Positions 42,221-51,622 of a stretch of DNA of 64,000 nucleotides are shown piece after piece. Source of the stretch: Opitutales bacterium (GTDB lineage: Bacteria; Verrucomicrobiota; Verrucomicrobiia; Opitutales; PNEW01); contig CBDANS010000005.1 of the NCBI GenBank assembly GCA_965197745.1, forward strand, positions 192,001 through 256,000, in the 5' to 3' direction. The position numbers and the translations under genes were made by a program. The notes beneath the pieces are model-generated. The model worked only from the letters and a program-made list of their open reading frames with translations. It ran no database searches and was not told the DNA's origin. Position 1 is the stretch's first letter. Each line of letters starts with the position of its first letter.

Positions 42221-42351
42221 ATTCTGAAGGACGATTCATCTCATTCGCTGAGCTATAAATAAATATTAAAATATTCCGTTTATAGTACCAAAGATGAAAT
42301 AAGAAATAGTCGAGTGTCGAGGGGCAGGTGTCGAGGGAGGAGTGAAGATAT

Positions 42352-42459
42352 ATGAAAAGTGGATTAAAAGTTTTTGGAGCTTATCATAAATCTATGGAGT
42401 TATTTGATCTTGTTGCACAAGATATGAAAACACTGAAGCCAGAATATTCTTTAACCCGT
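42352..42459 (+). pseudogene. Four-helix-bundle protein N-terminus truncated by IS3-B
   Basis: GGAG SD; MKSGLKVFGAYHKSMELFDLVAQDMKTLKPEYSLTR ends exactly at the IS end; preceded by GTCGAG short repeats. Confidence 0.65.
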
Positions 42460-43753
42460 TGGTCGGGTTACACAAACTGGACCACTGTGAGAGTTAGTCT
42501 GGAGAGGTTAATGTTGAAGTTAAGTTGGTAGAGGGAGTCAAGACTTGGGCGCAATGAGGGCGTAGCCCGAATGGAGCCCGAGCCTTGGGTATTGATGTTT
42601 TCAGCGAAACGTTGTGGAGTAATATTGCCGAGGCTGCGGTGGGGTCGAACATGATTGTAAAGCCAGCGCCAATCTTCGATCACCACACGGGCTTCGGTCA
42701 AAGTCCACAGCTGTTCACGATTTAGACACTCCTCGCGAAAACGTGCATGCAACGATTCGATGTATCCGTTCTGCCAAGGGCTTCCTGGTTCGCTATAGAG
42801 GGTATTGATTTTCATCGCAGTTAGCCAGGCTCTCAATTCCTTTTCAATGAATGGCTTCGCATGTCGTCGCTTCGCTCCTCGGAACGGAACCGTTGTCACT
42901 GCGAATATATTGTGGCGACCCATGACGGGCAAGCAGTTTTTGCATTGATATGGCGATCCACATGGATCACTCGACACTCGCGGGTGCACTCATCGAGCAC
43001 GGTCAACATTTTTAAACTGCCACCGCGGACTGTTTTGTCGTGGATAAAATCCCAAGTCCAAACATGGCCGGGATGTTCGGCCTTTGTCGGCAGCCCGGTG
43101 GAGACACCCCTACGCCGACGCCTTGACTTGCGTGGAGGAATCGCCAAGCCCAGTTCACGTCGCAGACGTTGCACGAGCCGTTTACCCACCTGCCAGCCTT
43201 CGTCCTTCAACAGCTTCGTGATCTTCGGATAGCCCCACCTCGCGTATTACCGTGATAACCGCCTTACTGCCACCTTCAGTTTCGTTAGCCAAGCATCCGG
43301 ATGTTTGAGCCTCATAGGTATAAGTGCAACGGTCCATATGAAAGTATCGGCACGCTGCACACATCGAACACTGGCCCCGAGCCACAAGTCTTTCTGCCAC
43401 TTGCTGCCTGTACTCAGGGCTTACAGTTTTTTTTCAAGCGTCTCCTGCAGGATCTCTATCCCCAGCAGCTTGTCCGCCAGCATCCGCTTTAACTGCGCGT
43501 TCTCCTTCAAAGAGTTCCTTCATCCGCTTGGCCTGGTTGACATCAATCATCCCAAACCACTATTCCAACGGTGGAAGGTCTGTTCGCCTAGTTGTTTTCG
43601 CGGCACACTTCCAGGATCGTTTTCCCTTTGTCTGCCTGCTGCAGCATCCGTATCTCCTCTTCGGTTGTGTAGCTTTTACCTTTCATTGTCTGTGTCCATT
43701 CTAGGTGTCCCAGACTAACTTTTCAAGTGGACCAGTTTTCGTGGTCACGACCA
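42460..43753 (-). mobile_element. IS3-family element B (defective sister of element A, no target duplication)
   Basis: Same IRs as 23604-24921; colinear; same 32-nt insert; additional indels. Confidence 0.92.
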
Positions 43754-43845
43754 ATATGTAAGTTTAAAATCTGTCATTCCTAGGCACTAAGGTTATTTTT
43801 TTGAGTTACTATTGTATTCCATCGCACTTGGATATTGGCGAATCT

Positions 43846-43865
43846 ATTGTAATAATTATTGTAAT
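43846..43865. promoter_or_regulatory. Putative integrase arm-type sites (right): 2x ATTGTAAT at 12-bp period
   Basis: 43846-43853 and 43858-43865, about 55 bp inside the att repeat. Confidence 0.6.
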
Positions 43866-43924
43866 TTAGGCCTATTACAGAATTAAAACATTCATAAAAT
43901 TCCTCTTAATAAAGACTTATAAAA

Positions 43925-44010
43925 TGGTGGTGGGAACAGGATTCGAACCTGTGAAGCGAAACCGCAGCAGATTTACAGTCTGCCCCCTTTGGCCGCTTGG
44001 GTATCCCACC
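43925..44010 (-). tRNA. tRNA-Tyr(GUA)
   Basis: GGTGGGA acceptor stem, GCAGA-CTGTAAA-TCTGC anticodon arm, long variable arm, GGTTCGAATCC, CCA. Confidence 0.97.
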
Positions 44011-44220
44011 ATCCGGAAATAAGTAGTGAAAAATGTATGCCTATGACAACTTTGCCAAGTATAATTTTGAATATTTTCTATAAATTACGAATGAATGATA
44101 GATACCGAAAGAGAATGCTCCACGGTTAAATTTAACTCGCTTTGAGGATAACAATTAGACATTTTTCCTAGGATTCTATTAATGGTCTGAACTAAAATAA
44201 AAACATTGATAGTTCTAATG

Positions 44221-44297
44221 GCCGGCTTAGCTCAGTTCGGTAGAGCATCCGCCTTGTAAGCGGACGGTCGCCAGTTCGAATCTGGCAGCCGGCTCCA
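44221..44297 (+). tRNA. tRNA-Thr(UGU)
   Basis: GCCGGCT acceptor stem, TCCGC-CTTGTAA-GCGGA anticodon arm, GTTCGAATC, CCA. Confidence 0.97.
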
Positions 44298-44386
44298 TTT
44301 TATATACGAATCACTTTCATTGACCCTTAAAAAGAAGATTGAAAATTATTTGTCCCTCGCCTTCTATGAAGCCCCTTTAATTATTC

Positions 44387-44460
44387 TGCCTGGTAGTGTA
44401 ATGGTAGCACGACAGATTCTGGTTCTGTTTGTCTAGGTTCGAATCCTAGCCGGGCAGCCA
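44387..44460 (+). tRNA. tRNA-Gln(CUG)
   Basis: TGCCTGG acceptor stem, ACAGA-TTCTGGT-TCTGT anticodon arm, GGTTCGAATCC, CCA. Confidence 0.96.
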
Positions 44461-44461
44461 T

Positions 44462-44610
44462 ACGACGCGCTCACTGCGTTCTCTTGCTCATAACAGGTTA
44501 TTTAAAGTAGTAAGGAGATGAGAATAGGCTAGGATGAGAATCGTAGATTCGTTCCGAGGAGCGCTATAGCGACGACACAAGCGAAGCGTCCATCCTAGCC
44601 GGGCAGCCAT
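44462..44610 (+). repeat. tRNA-linked repeat ending in a 19-bp copy of the tRNA-Gln 3' end (rtT-like)
   Basis: ATCCTAGCCGGGCAGCCAT at 44443-44461 and 44592-44610; GGCTAGGAT (44527-44535) is complementary to the copy; internal mini-hairpins. Confidence 0.8.
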
Positions 44611-44704
44611 TAGTTATCACGACCTGTTACCCTCAACTCATTACTCATTGCTGTCGTCTGATCTTAAGGGGTGCCTCCTCTTGGGATGTCTATGATGAGG
44701 AAAG

Positions 44705-45331
44705 TTATTCGCGCTTGTGCCCATTAAAACTCGACGAAAGAATTTTCTTCAATCCATCGAAGTAGCGATTATCCCAATGAGAACTATCTAAGTTTAGACC
44801 CAAGCGATGGGCATATTGGTGCCTGCCCAGATACCAGCCTTCAATTAATGCCCATAACAGACTCAAAATAATCTCTGCCGGTAAATCGTCCCTTAATCGC
44901 CCCAGCTTTTGTTCGCGTTCGATGATTTTGACTATTTGTCCCGCTTTTCCCGTAGCTTCTTCTGGTGGCAACTCCCTTTCTGCTATGATCCACGCTGACA
45001 GTCGTATGAAGTCAGGTGTGCTTCTGAGATAATTAAAGTAGTGGTCCGCGAATTCATAGGGGAAATTATGCCCGCGCGCCGCAGCGCTCAGACCGGGTCG
45101 TAATGCTTCAAATACCTTTTGAAAATAACGTTCACGTACCGCGGACCACAACGCTTCTTTATTTCCGTAGTGATGGTGGATAAGACTTTGCGTGACTCCG
45201 GAAGCTGCTGCTATATGCTTCATCGAAGCTCCATCGAAGCCCCTGGAAATAAAAGTCTTCTCAGCACCATCAAGTATCGCTTCACGTGTGCGTTCCTTCT
45301 GTTTTTGGCGATTGCTTCTCTTTTCAGCCAT
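44705..45331 (-). CDS. TetR/AcrR-family regulator
   Basis: ILDGAEKTF..RGFDGAS..IAAASGV...IHHHY.NKEAL HTH. Confidence 0.92.
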   Translation of the reverse strand: MAEKRSNRQKQKERTREAILDGAEKTFISRGFDGASMKHIAAASGVTQSLIHHHYGNKEALWSAVRERYFQKVFEALRPGLSAAARGHNFPYEFADHYFNYLRSTPDFIRLSAWIIAERELPPEEATGKAGQIVKIIEREQKLGRLRDDLPAEIILSLLWALIEGWYLGRHQYAHRLGLNLDSSHWDNRYFDGLKKILSSSFNGHKRE

Positions 45332-45471
45332 ATTTCATTGATTGATTAATCAGTTATTCAAGCAATGTAAAGGCTATTTTAACCTGACAGTGAAAATTTC
45401 AGGGTCTTGCGACCGATAATTGCACCTTCATGGCAAAGGTATCAATATGAATAGAGTGACATAGAATATTC

Positions 45472-45690
45472 CCAGAGGATGGTCCTGTCACACATAGATA
45501 AGCGGGTGAGAAAGCATAAGCCGACATTGGCAGTCCATGATGAAGATATTACTGTGGCATTGCGTTCACGGGGAGCGGACAGCCGGATATATAAAAAACA
45601 GGATATATAGGATACAGCCCCATGAGGTAGCATCTCGACCCTGCACCGGGTTCAATTTTCAATAGTCGAGCAAAATATAGGGCCTCTTTT
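45472..45690 (+). ncRNA. Candidate structured RNA (possibly 6S-like)
   Basis: Intergenic; ends can pair (GGUCCUGU/AUAGGGCC, AGAGG/CCUCU); CCTG..GGTTCAA segment; CTCGAC/GTCGAG stem. Confidence 0.3.
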
Positions 45691-45763
45691 TCAATAAAGA
45701 AATGACGGGAAATGAGTGTACTTTAATATGTTCAATCGTCTGGAATAGTGGTAGAAAAACGAT

Positions 45764-46222
45764 ATGGCTGCTAAGCTTATGAAGTCGTCATATGGAGACA
45801 CAATAATACAGTTTTCGGTATTTGCTGATAACAAAGTAGGGCGATTAAATGAAATGATCAATCTGCTTGGTTCACATGACATCCAAGTCATTGCTTTAAC
45901 GACTCAGGATACGACTGACTGCACGATTCTTCGCATCATTGTAAATTATCCCGAGAAAGCTCGTGAACTGCTTGATAAGGAAGGGTACTCTTTCACATCG
46001 AGTGAGATGATTGGCGTGGAGATTGATGACGCGACTAAATTAAGGGAGGTGTTATACGCCCTTTTGGAAGCGGAATTAAATATTCATTACATCTACTCCT
46101 TTATAATCAGGCCGCATGGAAAATCAGCACTTGCCATTCATTTAGAGGATAACGAACTTGCTACTGCTGCTCTTGAGCAACATCATTTGCGCGTGCTGAA
46201 GCAGACGGATATTGCACGCTGA
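45764..46222 (+). CDS. Tandem ACT-domain protein
   Basis: QFSVFADNKVGRL...LRIIV..PEKA...NIHYIYSF. Confidence 0.85.
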   Translation: MAAKLMKSSYGDTIIQFSVFADNKVGRLNEMINLLGSHDIQVIALTTQDTTDCTILRIIVNYPEKARELLDKEGYSFTSSEMIGVEIDDATKLREVLYALLEAELNIHYIYSFIIRPHGKSALAIHLEDNELATAALEQHHLRVLKQTDIAR

Positions 46223-46433
46223 CAAATTAATTTTCAGATTTTATATCCAAGGGTAAACAGCGCTGAAATAATCGTTGAATACGATATACTTCTGCGGTCA
46301 TTAAGTTTCACCCCATGTTATACGGTAGTAGAATCATGGGCTTCAATGATCGCTCGGGACAGGGCTGGGGTAAACGACGAAGCTGAAGAAAAACCAATAA
46401 CTTATCTTAGAAGGGATTGAGATATATCCGCGT

Positions 46434-48672
46434 TTATTTTGATGTCATCGTATAAACGCCATCCCAATTATCACCCGGTGGGGATAATTTTAACAAGAGG
46501 CAGCGGGTTTTCATGATCAGTGACGGATTTGTGCTGACGCCAGGAGTAACATTCGGAATATTCGGTTCCAGTTCTGAAGATTCCCCAAATAATTCTATAG
46601 CCTTATTGAAATCCTGATCGAGGTAGCTACTCATTGCCTTGTCAAATATTTCGTGGCAGTCGAATGTTTTCTGCGGCATATCCTTGCTGAACCCTACGAC
46701 CTCGTATACTCCGACGGGCTGGCTTCTCCCTTTAACTATGATGCGGTCAAGGAAACGAAAAACGCAGCCGTTACCTTGTTCTTCCGCCATTTTCTTAGTG
46801 TCTTCGGTGATCATAGTAAAAACACCATAACTTTTTGCTCCGCTTTCACAACGCGCAGCAAGGTTTACGGCGTCACCCATCATCGTATAATTAAACCGTT
46901 TCAGTGAACCCATATTACCAATGAGCGTCTAACCTGTATTGAGCCCGATACGGGACTGCATGGTAAAGACAATATCGGGCCACGTATCGCCCTCAGCCCT
47001 CCATTTTTCACGCAACTCAGCCTGGCGAAGCTGCATTCTTTGCGTGGCAATACAGGCACGGCTGGCATGATCTTTCATCGGGAGCGGGGCACCAAACATC
47101 GCGCACATAGCATCGCCGATGTACTTATCGAGAGACCCGCCCTCCTCTTGAACGATGTCGGTCATAGCGGTAAGGTATTCATTCATGAGGTCAACAAGTC
47201 TTTCTGGAGTGAGATATTCAGAAAAAGTGGAGAAGCTCTGAATATCACTGAAAAAAGCAGTGATTATTTCCTAGCGGCCACCCAATTGAGGTTCCTCTTC
47301 AGACTCGATCATCTGATGGACCACTTCCGGTGATACATAAGTCCCAAAAAGGTTTTTAATCCTGCCTTTCTGCTTTTCCTCGATGATCAGCTGGTGAATG
47401 CACCGATCAAACTTGTCGTGAGCGATGCACCGATTGGGGCGACCAGGGGCAAGACAAGATGATTATGAGAAAAATACCAGAATACGAGAACGATATACCC
47501 AAAAAGAAGAATACCACTGGTGAGTTTCAGATCTCGGCTATGTTTCCCCGTATTAGTTGCCATCATTGAGACAAAAAGAGTGAGGGCGAGGGTAATAAAA
47601 TATTTAACCCAATCGGGAATGCGTTTGATATAAATTCCTGAGAAAATGGTCTTCAGGACATTTGCGTGAACTCCCACTTTAGGGACCGGATAGTCATCCA
47701 TGGGGCTGGGTGCCAGGTCCTGGAGAAGGGGATCGGTAGGCCCGATAAGTATTATGGCGTCATTAAATTCACGAAAGAATTCTACAGCCTGTGCTTTCTG
47801 GTCTTCATCGCCTTCAGAGTAAAAGGCAAAGGCCTGGGCGACTTGCAACATGCTATAACGCGGATTTTTAGGGGAGTAGAATTTTGAAAACCAGTTAACT
47901 TCCATCATCTGTTGGCCCCATAAGGGAATACTCATGAGGGTCTCCCCTTCGTTACTCACTAATTCGATAAGGTCTTCGCTTCGTTTAATCGCTTCCGGAG
48001 GCAATCCGTAAGAGGTACGTGCTAATTGAAGGGCAATCTGGTAATAAGTAAATTTAAGACCATATTGGGATACTTCCGCAAACATGGGAACCCACCTTGG
48101 AGTGATACCATCACTGATTTCCTGATCGTAACCGATCAGTCCCATTTGATTAATTCCGCGACGCGCTGTAAATTGAGGGTGAGGGGTTTCAGGAAAATCA
48201 AAATTCTCCAGATCGTCATCACCTTTATAAATCAAAGGCATTCGATCACCTTCGGAGTAAGCGGTAGCTAATATTATACTCGGGTATTTATTCGTGACTC
48301 GAGCAAACTCCGCGACATCCTGATTAACAAGTTCCTGAGGCACCAAAACAGAGGCGTTAAATTTAGATAAGACGAGGTCAAAGCCGATAGCCTTAACTTT
48401 ACCCAGGACCAGTAATATTTCGGATATTTTTCCAAATTCATTGCGTGGCCATGGTCTTTCTCCCAGGTATTTACGGAAAGATTCAGCGTCGAGATCGACA
48501 TAAATTAATTTAACCGGAGCGTCAATCTCACCTCGCAGTCGAAAACGCCAGTCCATCGCTTTGTTTTCAAAAAGCTCAGTGCTCCAAAATGAGATAGCGC
48601 AATCCAAATTAACGGTATGGAAAGAAGCCATATCGCCCTAACAATAATCTTGATGAGAGCTTTAGACATCAT
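46434..48672 (-). pseudogene. CHASE2-domain class III adenylate/guanylate cyclase, disrupted
   Basis: FSDI, DKYIGDA and YT.MGDAVNLAAR motifs; frameshifts near 48570 and 47400; in-frame TAG at 47271-47273 and 46929-46931. Confidence 0.88.
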
Positions 48673-48805
48673 TCTGCAGCCAGGACTTTATCGTAAGTCT
48701 GTATAATTTTCATTACAGTAATTCTTGAAATAATGGCAACTAACAAATGATAAGCTTCATAAGCCTGACGGTGAATAGAAAAGCTTACGATGATGGTTTT
48801 TAAAT

Positions 48806-50752
48806 TCAATGGCTGCTGGTCGTATTAACTCTTCCTTGGAGGGTATAATCTCCCAGTAATTCAGTATTCCACCAGGAGCCAGTATTCTCGCGTGTAATAC
48901 GATCGGTAAAACTGTAGTGATGGAGTTGGATACGATAAAACTGCGGTGGGTTTTGAGGAAAAGGATTATCGGCCAAAAGAGTATTTACCTCGATATTGCC
49001 ATTGAATAATTCATGGAGAAAGCGCCCAAGCCAGGGTGGAAGGGTGCGTGATCTTTCGAAAGATAATCCCGCAAACCACATTTGCCAATCCAATCGTGGC
49101 ATATGCGGAACGCAGAAAAAGGGTCGTAGTTGGGGAGCACCAGGTTTATATTTAAAAGTGTAATCTTTCCATTCGATGCCGTCATCACTTCCTGAAATAA
49201 TTATTTCGGGTCGTGTCATGGTCATGACCCTGAAGAGGCCGTATGCGTTGATAGTATGAAAATGGCTGATTTGAAAATATGTTTTTCGGAAATAATCATG
49301 ATCTTGCATCCATTTTCTGGATTTTCTTGGCTTACGTGTGTCTTCACAACTTTGCCTTAACTGAAAACCGCTGACCGGGATAGTAACGAGGACAACTGAA
49401 ATCAGGAATATTCGATGAATCCTGAGAATCCAGTGCCGGGAATCTTTTTTCCTAAAGTTATTGCGAAGATTTTTTCTCAATAATTCCGGGAGACTCTGAT
49501 CATCGATAAGCGGTATACACAGAATAATTGTTAAAAGATTAAAGAACCCGTAATTACCGGTCAGAATTATACACAACTGGATTATCGTCATCCCTGAAAA
49601 TGCAAGATTGCGAATTCGGCGCGGACCAATAATGAAGAATGGCAGAACCAGTTCTGTAAAATAGAGTAGATAGAGGGATAGCTGGTGAAACCAGGGCGGC
49701 AGGTTGTGGAAATACCAACTGATCCCCGTTGGCAGCGGTTGACTCCAATAATGGTAATTAAGAGCGGTAAAATCGCGCCAGGTATTTACCTCGTCGAGAC
49801 CATAACTTTGAAGTTTGACGACACCCGATTCAAAATAAAGTCGAAATAGTAAAAACCAGATTAGCCAACGACCGAGACGGGTCGGATCGGAGTGAGATCG
49901 CAGGCGATCGATCATTTTCCAATGGCAAAAAAAAATGGTCAAAAAACTCATTTCTATAAGCAGGATATCCCACTGAAAGCTGAGAAAATCTTGCCCGGCG
50001 ATAAGCAGAGAGAGGTAAGATACCCATAGAGCGAGTGCCGACAGAGCGGGGAAAAGGCCAAGCGTGAGGCAAAGGGAAGCAATCAGTGCGAAGGAGAAGA
50101 CCGCGTTGATGGCAAAGTCGCTTTGATTAAACCAGAATAAAGTGGGTAAATAGAAAAATTTACAGCCTTCAAATTGGATCTCATTTAAATAGTTTTCTAA
50201 CCCTTGAAAATAAGCGGAAATGGGCAGTATGCCTTGGCTTCCAATTAAACCTTTTGCCTGGACCCAATAGGAAATGACAGCGATAGCGGCAATTACCCCT
50301 AAAGCCCTGGGGAAAACCCAGCTAGAGAATACATAGGTAGACGGTTCGCTGTTTTTTCCACTGAGAAGACGTGAGCAGAAAGATAGGAAATAGCGATTTT
50401 TCGATACCAGCTGATAGATCTTTTCTGAACCCCGGGCAAATAGTGAAAATTTGCAATAAAGACGGTACAGCCACGATTTTTTCGACGATAGGTGGAGACA
50501 TTTAAAAACGGCCTCAGCACCGGAGCATACACTTCCATCAGGTTCGATGAAATGGACCGCCTCTTTAAACTGTTCGCGTGGAATTTCAGAAAAACGCTCC
50601 CCGAGTTCCTGGTACGAGAGATACTCAACTTGTCCCTCGGTAGTAATTTTCCAACGCGCAATCCACCGTCTGCAGTATTCACATTCACCATCATAAATGA
50701 GTAAGGAGCGCTTTTCCGGAGGATTGGTAAGACTTGGATATTTATGCTTCAT
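48806..50752 (-). CDS. DCC1-like thiol-disulfide domain fused to lipase maturation factor family protein
   Basis: YDGECEYC; FQWDILL.E, HYWSQPLP, YGLFRVMT..RPE and PRLDWQMWFA. Confidence 0.92.
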   Translation of the reverse strand: MKHKYPSLTNPPEKRSLLIYDGECEYCRRWIARWKITTEGQVEYLSYQELGERFSEIPREQFKEAVHFIEPDGSVCSGAEAVFKCLHLSSKKSWLYRLYCKFSLFARGSEKIYQLVSKNRYFLSFCSRLLSGKNSEPSTYVFSSWVFPRALGVIAAIAVISYWVQAKGLIGSQGILPISAYFQGLENYLNEIQFEGCKFFYLPTLFWFNQSDFAINAVFSFALIASLCLTLGLFPALSALALWVSYLSLLIAGQDFLSFQWDILLIEMSFLTIFFCHWKMIDRLRSHSDPTRLGRWLIWFLLFRLYFESGVVKLQSYGLDEVNTWRDFTALNYHYWSQPLPTGISWYFHNLPPWFHQLSLYLLYFTELVLPFFIIGPRRIRNLAFSGMTIIQLCIILTGNYGFFNLLTIILCIPLIDDQSLPELLRKNLRNNFRKKDSRHWILRIHRIFLISVVLVTIPVSGFQLRQSCEDTRKPRKSRKWMQDHDYFRKTYFQISHFHTINAYGLFRVMTMTRPEIIISGSDDGIEWKDYTFKYKPGAPQLRPFFCVPHMPRLDWQMWFAGLSFERSRTLPPWLGRFLHELFNGNIEVNTLLADNPFPQNPPQFYRIQLHHYSFTDRITRENTGSWWNTELLGDYTLQGRVNTTSSH

Positions 50753-50805
50753 TTAGATGGAATACAATGAAGGGAACATCCACCCGGAAGTGATTGCGCA
50801 TTGAC

Positions 50806-51504
50806 CTAAGTTTCAGCACGGTGGATAGCAACAATGGAAAATGTAAGCCCTTTTGCGGTAACATTATTAAACCCTGCATCCTTAATCTGATTGCTGATAA
50901 AACTTTTTGAGGGAAAAGACTCGATGCTTCCTGCCAGATATTGGTAGGCATCTGATTGTCCCGTTAATAAGCCGGCCAGCTTTGGAAGTATAAGTTTAAG
51001 GTATAAATAGTAAATGGGACGGAACCAGAGTGACGGTTGAGTGAATTCAAGGATAAGTAATGTTCCACCTGGTTTACGCAATACTCGGCGCATCTCACTT
51101 AGTCCCCGGGTTCTATCCTCAAGATTCCGAATACCAAAAGCTATCGTCAGCACATCAACACTATCATCATCCAAGGGCAGATCAAGAATATCGCCATGGG
51201 TAAATTCTATATTTCTTAACCCCTCCTTTTTAGATTTTTTTTCATTGGCTTTATCAAGCATGGGTTCACAGAAATCGATCCCCTTAATGTGAGCGCTGTC
51301 ACCCAGTGATTTCTGAAGCGCGAAGGCGACATCACCGCTCCCTGTAGCCAGATCAACTACCCATGCAGGACGACAGGCCTTTACGGCTCTTACCAGTACT
51401 TTTCTCCAATAATAGTCGAACCCCAGGCTGAGAAAATGGTTGGCCAAGTCATACCGCCGGGAGATCCCAGCAAACATCTTTTTGATGTCGGCACCCTCGG
51501 GCAT
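50806..51504 (-). CDS. menG: Demethylmenaquinone/ubiquinone methyltransferase
   Basis: [24 protein letters not shown] and AYQYL..SI..FP motifs. Confidence 0.9.
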   Translation of the reverse strand: MPEGADIKKMFAGISRRYDLANHFLSLGFDYYWRKVLVRAVKACRPAWVVDLATGSGDVAFALQKSLGDSAHIKGIDFCEPMLDKANEKKSKKEGLRNIEFTHGDILDLPLDDDSVDVLTIAFGIRNLEDRTRGLSEMRRVLRKPGGTLLILEFTQPSLWFRPIYYLYLKLILPKLAGLLTGQSDAYQYLAGSIESFPSKSFISNQIKDAGFNNVTAKGLTFSIVAIHRAET

Positions 51505-51622
51505 GTTTCAGTAGGAGTAAGAATGAATGATAAGCATATTACAAAAATTCGATTTCCTGTAATTGCAGGTTCTACATTTACGACTAATTTGAGCAATACA
51601 GACTGCTGAATATTGACCTGGA

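Larger units (their letters stand above)
18557..43954. mobile_element. tRNA-Tyr-integrated genomic island / decayed phage-satellite-like element, about 25.4 kb
   Basis: 35-bp att repeats, adjacent tyrosine integrase, AlpA-like, prim-pol and terminase remnants, multiple IS. Confidence 0.9.

Noticed and set aside
34855..47273. TAG reassignment or amber suppression suggested by four in-frame TAG codons near tRNA-Gln/Tyr
   Set aside because: TAG is the normal stop of intact genes here (ending 12539, 14614, 19846, 61447), the tRNA anticodons are CUG and GUA rather than CUA, and the cyclase and terL genes also carry frameshifts or truncation
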